Shown: in pieces, positions 8,716 through 15,817 of the stretch
Layout of the letters: the number at the start of each line of letters is the position of its first letter
Numbering within the stretch: position 1 is the stretch's first letter
Source: Candidatus Hodarchaeota archaeon
GTDB taxonomy: Archaea > Asgardarchaeota > Heimdallarchaeia > Hodarchaeales > Hodarchaeaceae
Assembly: GCA_016839815.1 (NCBI GenBank)
Contig: JAEOTM010000151.1
Coordinates: 1 to 18,427, forward strand
Reading direction: 5' to 3'
Length of the DNA stretch: 18,427 bases
The notes under the pieces: model-generated
The model's input: only the letters and a program-made list of their open reading frames with translations
What the model was told of the DNA's origin: nothing
The model's database searches: none
Translations under genes and position numbers: made by a program

Positions 8716-9768
8716 ATGATTAGTAATGAAGAACCTTTAGTATCTTGTCGTGGATTACGGAAATGGTTTCCAGTCCGAAACGATTTCTTTTCACAATTAA
8801 GAGGAAAAGAAATATGGTTGAAAGCTGTCGATAATATAGACCTTGATATATTTCAAAATGATATGTATTGTTTAGCTGGAGAATCTGGATGTGGAAAAAC
8901 CACAATAGGTAAATTACTAATAGGTTTACTAGAACCAACTGAAGGAACCGTAATTATTGAAGGAAATGACCTTACTACCTTAAATCGTAGGGAATTTAGA
9001 AAACTAAGAGCAAAGATTCAAACAATATTTCAAGATCCTTACTCATCATTAAATCCACGATTGAGTCTTTACGATACAGTATCAGAACCGTTACGATTAA
9101 ATAAATTGGTTTCATCAAAAGATGAAGAGGAGGAGCGTGTTGTAAAAGCGTTTGAAGCTGTTCAACTTGCTCCAGCAGAAGAATTCACTTTTCGATATCC
9201 ACATGAGCTCAGTGGAGGCCAGCGTCAAAGAGTCGCAATTGCACGAGCAATTGTTGTAAATCCAAAATTTATTGTTGCAGATGAACCAGTCTCAATGCTT
9301 GATGTGTCTATCAGATCTGAAATCTTAAATCTCCTTCAAAATATACGTCAGGAATTTGGGATTGCTTATATATACGTTACACACGATTTATCAGTGGCTA
9401 GTTATATTGGAGATAAGATAGCAATTATGTACCTCGGAAAAGTTATGGAGCGAGGTTCGATTAAACAAGTCATACATGGGGCAGTACATCCCTACTCACG
9501 AGCATTAATCTCAGCTGTGCCATCTCCAAACCCCACAAGTATGCGAAAAAGAGAGATCCTTCCTGGAGAACCAGGAAATCCTATTAATCCTCCTCCAGGG
9601 TGTCTTTTCTCTCCGAGATGTAAATACGCAAAACAAAAGTGTTTCTCCGAGGAACCACCATTAGCGGAAGTAGAACTTGGGCATTTTTCATCATGCTGGT
9701 TCCCTCAAGAACCACTTCAGCTTGACTTTGATCCTAGTGAAACACTTGTGCAAACCTCTCAAAATTAA
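8716..9768 (+). CDS. oppF: Oligopeptide/dipeptide ABC transporter ATP-binding protein OppF/DppF
   Basis: GESGCGKT, FQDPYSSLNPR, YPHELSGGQRQR, ADEPVSMLDVSIR, HPY, GCLFSPRC. Confidence 0.97.
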   Translation: MISNEEPLVSCRGLRKWFPVRNDFFSQLRGKEIWLKAVDNIDLDIFQNDMYCLAGESGCGKTTIGKLLIGLLEPTEGTVIIEGNDLTTLNRREFRKLRAKIQTIFQDPYSSLNPRLSLYDTVSEPLRLNKLVSSKDEEEERVVKAFEAVQLAPAEEFTFRYPHELSGGQRQRVAIARAIVVNPKFIVADEPVSMLDVSIRSEILNLLQNIRQEFGIAYIYVTHDLSVASYIGDKIAIMYLGKVMERGSIKQVIHGAVHPYSRALISAVPSPNPTSMRKREILPGEPGNPINPPPGCLFSPRCKYAKQKCFSEEPPLAEVELGHFSSCWFPQEPLQLDFDPSETLVQTSQN

Positions 9769-9817
9769 TTTAATAAATATATGAAAGGACAATTAGAAAA
9801 TTGAGTATGATGGTTTT

Positions 9818-10213
9818 ATGATTCAAGAAATTATATTAGAGGAATTAGAATGCATCAATCAACTCCTCGACTTGTGTTTATACCGAATGAAAGATATTTT
9901 AGGTTCTAAGCCCAGAGATTTTCTTTGGCGAATGTTCTTTCCAGCAGGACAATTCATGCAACGAAAGTCAATTGCACGTAAAACTTCATATGAATTACTG
10001 AAACTTGATACAAGACTAAGAGAAATGGAACAGGTTTTAGAAGAGCGAGAACATCCAGTAAAACCGCAGATAAGTAAAATTCTTGACACAGATTTAGTAA
10101 TGATGTCTAGTAGGCTTGTGGATTTACCTGAACGAGCACAGTACATGATTTCACAAATTGAAAATATCAAATTTACTATTGAAAACGTTATTCGTGATTC
10201 TAAATTAAATTAA
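9818..10213 (+). CDS. Hypothetical soluble, probably helical protein
   Basis: 131 aa, ATG start, same strand 49 nt after oppF, amphipathic-helix composition; no recognisable motif. Confidence 0.7.
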   Translation: MIQEIILEELECINQLLDLCLYRMKDILGSKPRDFLWRMFFPAGQFMQRKSIARKTSYELLKLDTRLREMEQVLEEREHPVKPQISKILDTDLVMMSSRLVDLPERAQYMISQIENIKFTIENVIRDSKLN

Positions 10214-10277
10214 TTCACTTATGTATTCACAGAAATAAGCAGTAGAAAAATTTAGACAAATTTAAAGGAAGGATTGA

Positions 10278-10619
10278 ATCATTTCATCATCCAAAGAATA
10301 CAAAGTTGTTTATCGACGATGGGTATTAGTAATACCCTGTCTTCTGATTTTACTTGGGTTAATAATTCTAACATTCCAAGATACTGCTGATTCAGGTTTA
10401 ACAATTCTTTCTTACTTATTAATTCTTATAGGAATACTAACTCTTGGACCTCTTCTTGTAGGAATATTGGCAATATCTCTTTCTGCAAAAACAATAGCAA
10501 AATCTAGTCAAACTCAACCTTCGTTCCGCGAGCGAGTTGAAACATCAGAAAAATTAGTAGAAAACGCTACAATTAACGAAAAAGGGAGTACAGTTAATTC
10601 TCGAAAAAGTTTTGACTGA
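10278..10619 (+). CDS. Probable 2-TM protein with no canonical start codon (not in the ORF track)
   Basis: 113 open codons: IISSSKEYKVVYRRWVLVIPCLLILLGLIILTFQDTADSGLTILSYLLILIGILTLGPLLVGILAISLSAKTIAKSSQTQPSFRERVETSEKLVENATINEKGSTVNSRKSFD*. SD-like AGGAAGG at 10266-10272, ATC/ATT at 10278/10281, T-rich tract after the stop. Confidence 0.55.
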   Translation: MISSSKEYKVVYRRWVLVIPCLLILLGLIILTFQDTADSGLTILSYLLILIGILTLGPLLVGILAISLSAKTIAKSSQTQPSFRERVETSEKLVENATINEKGSTVNSRKSFD

Positions 10620-10715
10620 GTAAGTTCACAAGTTTTTCTTTCTTATCTAGGACTTATTTATTGTTTGAAGATCTTAAAATCATTCCATACAAGAATGATT
10701 TATTTTCATCTAATT

Positions 10716-10980
10716 ATTGCCACATTCAAATACTTTAAAAATAAATTTCATATATCATAAGCTTTAAATAGGGGAGTGGTATCCCTCCGTTTCTTTACTA
10801 GAAGTATTGCATCATTCACATTGTTTAAAAGCAAATTTCACTTATGGAAGGGTTTAAATATAAAAACTATAAAAGTGAGATTTTCACCTTTCCTAATTGC
10901 CACATTCCATTGATTTAAAAAGGCAAAAGAAGGTTTGTTTTTTTTTCTGGTAATTTCTTCACATATCAATGACTTTAAAA
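10716..10980 (+). repeat. Degenerate 90-bp-period repeat made of six TATA-containing 25-bp modules upstream of oppA
   Basis: ATTGC..CATTC......TTTAAAA at exactly 10716, 10806 and 10896; variant modules (TTCA...TTTAAA) at 10745, 10835 and 10956. Confidence 0.8.
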
Positions 10981-11004
10981 GGGTCTTACTATTGTTTCCA
11001 GTTC

Positions 11005-11086
11005 ATAGCATTGAATAAGAATTATGCTATCGATCCTATGTTATTTTCGAGGATCTTCCAAAAGATGGATAATAACCAAAAATTGG
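11005..11086 (+). promoter_or_regulatory. Putative structured 5' leader of oppA (four consecutive hairpins)
   Basis: ATAGCAT/ATGCTAT (11005-11030), GATCCT/AGGATC (11032-11055), TCCA/TGGA (11057-11069), CCAA/TTGG (11076-11086). Confidence 0.4.
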
Positions 11087-13012
11087 ATGAATGAAAAAAT
11101 GGGAAAAATAAAAATATTAACCCTAGGCACTGCATTGGCTGTGATGGCACTTGTGTGCTTCAGTACTGCTGTTGCCACACCAATGAGCTCTGCATCAGCT
11201 TTAATATGGACATCAGACTTCACTCCTCACGGAGCATACATTGATGAAATGGTATTTACTGTGTTTACAACCTCAGAAATTCCACAAGCAATGTTAGCCA
11301 TACAAGCTGGTGAACAGGATGCATATGATGAACGAGTATTAGCTAGTTACCTACCAAATCTCGTGAATGACCCTGATATTGATGTGAAGTATAGTTTAGG
11401 AAGTTCTTATCGAGTACTAGTATTAAACAGTCAGAAATTTCCGATTAACATTACTGGTTTCCGACGTGCAATGGCATTTGGAATGGACAAGTACAGAGTA
11501 AATACTGAAGCGATCGGTGGTGCTGGTGTACCATTGGACAGTTATGTTCCACTAGTTGCTACCGAATGGACAGTTGAAGATCAACTCACCACACATTTCT
11601 ATGACAAAGATATTGTATCTGCCAATGCTTCTTTGGAAGCCTCCGGATTTAGAGATCTTGATGGTGATGGCTATCGAGAATACGATGCTGATGATAGCGG
11701 TGATTGGTCTGCTGGTGATCTTGATGACGATGATCCCATGATGCAAGTTGAATTATGGCCTACTTTGGAATATGGTCCTGCAATTGCAGCTACATCTGTC
11801 ACTGCAGCAGGAATGCTAGAAATGGGTTTACATGCTACCGTTGTAGAGAAAGACTGGAATACTTTGGTTAATGCTATTGAACAAGGTGACCACTGGGTTG
11901 CCTGTTGGACAGAAAACATTCCTATAGTTAATCCCACTAAAGTATTGTACGATTATTACCGTACAGGGACTCCAGAAAATGTCCTTTATTATCGCTTTAG
12001 TAACGCCTCCATTGATGCTGTTCTTGATCAAATGAGTGCAGCAACCACTCCGGAAGATGTAAAAACTTACGCTCGACAAGCAACGCTGATGCTTGCCTAT
12101 GAACAGCCATTAATTGTCTGTTATAATGATGCAAATATCAATACTTACAGAACGGATAAATTCGAAGGATTCTTTGAATTTTCTGGTCTTGGATATACTA
12201 ATGGAGGAAATCCATATGTTGCTTCAAAAGTTCGTCTAAAAAGCGGTGAATTGGGTGGTGTATTCAAATACATCTTATCAGAAACACTAGATACAACAAG
12301 TTGTATTCTAACCTCAACTGGTTATGAAGATACTGTTATGCAATATGTCTATGAAACTCTCTGGAATATCGATCCAAATACTTGGGATCCAATTCCTGGA
12401 TTGGCATATGATTGGAGTATTGACGACACATCTGCAGGTGTTGGTGAAGCTTGGGTACAAGATGGACAAAAGTTCACATTCAACCTTTATGACAACGTAA
12501 CTTGGCACGATGGGACAGCTTTCACTTCTGAAGATGTAAAGTATTCCTTTGATACAGTTTGGCCCCAATCTCCCCAAAGGACTTCCGAAATGGATGATAT
12601 CTATCGTGTTGAAACACCAGATGCTTATACAGTGGAATTATATGTAAACAAAACAGGGTATTTCGAGTGGGCAGCCACAACTGATGGTGTTTATATCGTC
12701 CCCAAACACATCTGGACAGCTGGAGAAGCAGATTTCACAACCTTTATTCCAAATAACAATCAAATGGTTGGTACTGGTCCTTTCATGTGGAACGAGTATA
12801 CTCCTGGTGAATATATCAGCATGCTTCGCTATGATGATTGGCGCTGGGATATCCGAGAAACAATGGATGATACAACCACAGATGGTACTGGTCCAGATGA
12901 TACCACTACAACAGAAGACGACGATGGTGGCGCTCCAGGATTTGGATTATTCGCTGCTATTGCTGTTATCATCACATCTGGTGCTGTGTTTTCCAGACGA
13001 CGAAGAAAATAG
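11087..13012 (+). CDS. oppA: Family 5 (OppA/DppA-like) ABC substrate-binding protein, circularly permuted, with PGF-type C-terminal anchor
   Basis: Signal peptide begins at M22 (11087) or M26 (11099) of the 11024 ORF; SBP_bac_5 motifs FRRAMAFGMD, FTFNLYDNVTWHDGTAFTSEDVKYSF, VGTGPF; Thr/Asp linker then PGF-TM-RRRRK. Confidence 0.92.
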   Translation: MNEKMGKIKILTLGTALAVMALVCFSTAVATPMSSASALIWTSDFTPHGAYIDEMVFTVFTTSEIPQAMLAIQAGEQDAYDERVLASYLPNLVNDPDIDVKYSLGSSYRVLVLNSQKFPINITGFRRAMAFGMDKYRVNTEAIGGAGVPLDSYVPLVATEWTVEDQLTTHFYDKDIVSANASLEASGFRDLDGDGYREYDADDSGDWSAGDLDDDDPMMQVELWPTLEYGPAIAATSVTAAGMLEMGLHATVVEKDWNTLVNAIEQGDHWVACWTENIPIVNPTKVLYDYYRTGTPENVLYYRFSNASIDAVLDQMSAATTPEDVKTYARQATLMLAYEQPLIVCYNDANINTYRTDKFEGFFEFSGLGYTNGGNPYVASKVRLKSGELGGVFKYILSETLDTTSCILTSTGYEDTVMQYVYETLWNIDPNTWDPIPGLAYDWSIDDTSAGVGEAWVQDGQKFTFNLYDNVTWHDGTAFTSEDVKYSFDTVWPQSPQRTSEMDDIYRVETPDAYTVELYVNKTGYFEWAATTDGVYIVPKHIWTAGEADFTTFIPNNNQMVGTGPFMWNEYTPGEYISMLRYDDWRWDIRETMDDTTTDGTGPDDTTTTEDDDGGAPGFGLFAAIAVIITSGAVFSRRRRK

Positions 13013-13032
13013 GTTTTCAACCTATTTTCCAA

Positions 13033-13051
13033 TTTTTTTTCTTTTTTTTTT
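13033..13051 (+). terminator. Archaeal oligo-T terminator of oppA
   Basis: T8-C-T10 about 20 nt after the stop codon. Confidence 0.75.
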
Positions 13052-13361
13052 AGAACTCAATTCTTTTCACAACCTCTTAACCTCCATCCCCCATTCTTCA
13101 ATCCTCAGTGGATGGAATGATGTCAAAAAAACGTAATCTAATGAGCTGAAACTTGTTTATATGGTCCTTTCAGATAAAGTGTATTACTGTAGAGAGCCTA
13201 TTTGCTACAGAAAACTTGTAGGATTATGCCCTATAAATAACAAAGTAGCATTCTCTAATTTGAGAACACCTTAATCAGGATGTGAACTCCCTTAAATTCA
13301 GTCTATTTACCTATTAATTGAAAATTTAATGAAATTGTCCTGTTGAGTAGAAAAATTCAAA

Positions 13362-13390
13362 GTTTACACATGTGAACATTTTTATAAAAA
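13362..13390 (+). promoter_or_regulatory. feoAB promoter: imperfect inverted repeat abutting a TATA box
   Basis: GTTTACA-CA-TGTGAAC (13362-13377) followed by TTTTTATAAAAA (13379-13390); ATG at 13407. Confidence 0.55.
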
Positions 13391-13406
13391 GAAAAGTCAC
13401 TATCCT

Positions 13407-13688
13407 ATGAAGATAATGTTTCCCCATTCCGTTAGGAAGAAGAAGAATACGACTAATAAACCAGATATTACCGTACTTGATCTGAATATAGGACAGAAAG
13501 GGAAAATAATAGAAATTAGAGGTGGTAGAGGAGTAAATCAGCGACTTAATGATCTTGGACTTACAATAGGAACAGAAGTAACACTCTTAAACAAATCCCC
13601 TTTTACTGGACCCGTTCTTCTTCTAATACGTGGTTCATCTTTAGTTCTAGGACGTGGAATTGCTGGAAAAATATATATTCGACATTAA
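13407..13688 (+). CDS. feoA: Ferrous iron transport protein A
   Basis: LNIGQKGKI, QRLNDLGLTIGTEV, PFTGPV, IRGSSLVLGRGIAGKI (FeoA SH3-like pattern); directly upstream of feoB. Confidence 0.93.
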   Translation: MKIMFPHSVRKKKNTTNKPDITVLDLNIGQKGKIIEIRGGRGVNQRLNDLGLTIGTEVTLLNKSPFTGPVLLLIRGSSLVLGRGIAGKIYIRH

Positions 13689-13755
13689 GAGAAATTTAAC
13701 CTCATTTTATCAGTACATTCTTCTAAAGTTATTATTAGAATGGTCATGAAAAAAA

Positions 13756-15753
13756 ATGAACCGTGAGATCAAAAAAATTCGTGTAGCTTTGACAGGAAAT
13801 GCTAATGTAGGTAAAAGTGTTATTTTTAATTATCTTACAGGGTTACATCAGCACATTGGAAACTGGCCTGGAAAAACTGTTGAACGAGCAGTAGGATCAG
13901 TCTATTTCAAAGGATTTGAAATTAAAGTTATCGATTTACCAGGGATTTACTCCCTTAGTACGTATTCTATTGAAGAAATAATCTCTAGGGAGTTTCTTTT
14001 GTCTGAAAGTCCTGATATCATTATCAATGTTGTCGATGGTTCAATTTTAGAGCGAAACTTATTTTTTACTCTCCAATTAATGGAATTAGAATTGCCAATG
14101 ATTATGCTGATAAATCAGATGGATATTGTAAACGAAAAAGGGATTGAAATTGACGTTGAGAAATTAGAATCCAAACTAGGATTTCCTGTTATTCCAACTA
14201 TTGCAACAAGAGGAATTGGTTTTTCCCAGCTCCTAGAAAGGATAATTGAAATAAATAATACAAAGAAAAGTGCTATACCTAAGACAATCTACTATGGACA
14301 AGAACTCGAGTCCCAACTTGAGCGTCTTCAGAATGCTGTGAAGGTGAAAAAGAGTTATTCTTCTTATCCACAAAGATGGTTTGTCCTCAAGATTTTGGAA
14401 GAAGATAAATTAATTCTTGAACGTATCCAGACGGAAGAAAAAGAAGCTTTATCAATTTATAATAAGCATACTAAATATCTGGATAATGAAACTGGGATAA
14501 TTTCATTAGGTAAATCTATAATCACCATGTTAGAAGAGTTACATGGTCACTCTTGCGGAGAATTAATTACCAATGAGAAATATGGGAGGATAAATCAGAT
14601 AATCAATGAGGTTCAACGTACTAAGGTTCAGCAGAGACTCCCACTAAGAGATTACTTTGATAAAGTATTTTTACATCCAGTTTTGGGATATCTGACATTA
14701 TTTGGGACTGTACTTTGTCTTCTTTATGGAGTGTTTCTTTTTGGTGATTTAACTTCAAATCTTCTGCTTAGTTGGTTTGAGAGCTTAAAACCTGAGTTCA
14801 ATCAATTTTTCGGAGGAGGAGTACTTCCTGAGCTGTACTGGAGCTGTTTTGAAGGCCTTATGGGTGGGATTACAATTGCCCTGCCATATATTCTTCCGTT
14901 CTACTTCATATTAGGAGTACTGGAAGATTCAGGTTATATCACACGAGTAGCATATCTTATGGACAGATTTATGCATATAATAGGTTTACACGGAAAAGCT
15001 TTCATTCCATGTATGCTAGGAATTGGATGTAATGTTCCTGGATGTTTAGGTTGTCGGATAATGGAAAGACAGCGCGATCGAACGTTAGCGATTTTTGTTA
15101 TTACATTAATTCCTTGTACCGCTCAATCAATTATTATTTTTGCAGTTATAGGCAAATATCTTGGATTCTATTGGGTTATTCTTTTGAATTTGTTTATTCT
15201 CCTCCTGATAATGATCTCTGGAAGAATAGCCTCTAAAATGATTCCGGGTGAACCAATGGGACTTATCATGGAAATGGTAACATTAAGGAAACCTAATTTG
15301 AAAGTTGTGCTTGTACAAACTTGGTTTCGACTAAAAGAATTTCTTTTCATAGCATTACCATTAATTATGATTGGTAGTGTGCTCCTTAAAATTCTGGAAC
15401 TTGCACAATTGCTTGAATTTTTGAATAAATTACTAATGCCCATTACAGTAGGTTTATTGAATCTTCCAGAAGAGATTGGTATTGCTTTCATAGTTGGTAT
15501 AACACGGAAAGAACTTGCTGTGGTTTTATTAGGAACTCTCCTGGGAACAACTGATTTAGCATCCGTTTTAAGTCCTATACAAATGATAGTCTTTTCTCTG
15601 GTTACTACTTTTTATATCCCCTGTTTAGCAACAATTGCAGCTCTATATCGGGAATTGAAATGGAAAAAAACATTATTCATTGTAGGTTCTGAAATTATTT
15701 TTGCATTCACATTAGGAGCTATCGTTAGTCGAATGCTAATATTCGTATTATAG
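13756..15753 (+). CDS. feoB: Ferrous iron transport protein B
   Basis: G1 GNANVGKS, G2 NWPGKTVE, G3 DLPGIYSL, G4 NQMD; membrane domain LEDSGY..R, GLHGKAFIP, GCNVP, YIPCLAT. Confidence 0.97.
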   Translation: MNREIKKIRVALTGNANVGKSVIFNYLTGLHQHIGNWPGKTVERAVGSVYFKGFEIKVIDLPGIYSLSTYSIEEIISREFLLSESPDIIINVVDGSILERNLFFTLQLMELELPMIMLINQMDIVNEKGIEIDVEKLESKLGFPVIPTIATRGIGFSQLLERIIEINNTKKSAIPKTIYYGQELESQLERLQNAVKVKKSYSSYPQRWFVLKILEEDKLILERIQTEEKEALSIYNKHTKYLDNETGIISLGKSIITMLEELHGHSCGELITNEKYGRINQIINEVQRTKVQQRLPLRDYFDKVFLHPVLGYLTLFGTVLCLLYGVFLFGDLTSNLLLSWFESLKPEFNQFFGGGVLPELYWSCFEGLMGGITIALPYILPFYFILGVLEDSGYITRVAYLMDRFMHIIGLHGKAFIPCMLGIGCNVPGCLGCRIMERQRDRTLAIFVITLIPCTAQSIIIFAVIGKYLGFYWVILLNLFILLLIMISGRIASKMIPGEPMGLIMEMVTLRKPNLKVVLVQTWFRLKEFLFIALPLIMIGSVLLKILELAQLLEFLNKLLMPITVGLLNLPEEIGIAFIVGITRKELAVVLLGTLLGTTDLASVLSPIQMIVFSLVTTFYIPCLATIAALYRELKWKKTLFIVGSEIIFAFTLGAIVSRMLIFVL

Positions 15754-15817
15754 AAATTCTCGAAAAAACCCCCCCATTAAGAGAAGTTGCCCTTACGTTC
15801 TAATATTTATTTTTCTT

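Noticed and set aside
10263-10277. Selenocysteine/readthrough of TGA 10275 to give the hidden ORF a start
   Set aside because: An in-frame TAA lies four codons further upstream with no start codon in between
10716-10980. CRISPR array interpretation of the 90-bp repeat
   Set aside because: Units are too degenerate, only three periods, no palindromic repeat or ATTGAAA(N) end, no cas genes; the same motif occurs singly at other promoters
10620-11010. Replication origin
   Set aside because: No convincing ORB repeats with G-strings (only one GTTTCCAGTT) and no orc1/cdc6 gene nearby
11005-11086. tRNA or known riboswitch
   Set aside because: Hairpins are serial with no closing acceptor stem or T-loop consensus; no riboswitch consensus recognised
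11024-11086. ORF-track start of oppA at 11024
   Set aside because: The extension precedes a normal signal peptide starting at M22/M26 and overlaps the predicted leader hairpins
13740-13766. A8 tract and short out-of-frame ORF at the feoB start as a phase-variation switch
   Set aside because: feoB has its own ATG at 13756 and is intact regardless of tract length; A-runs are common in this DNA
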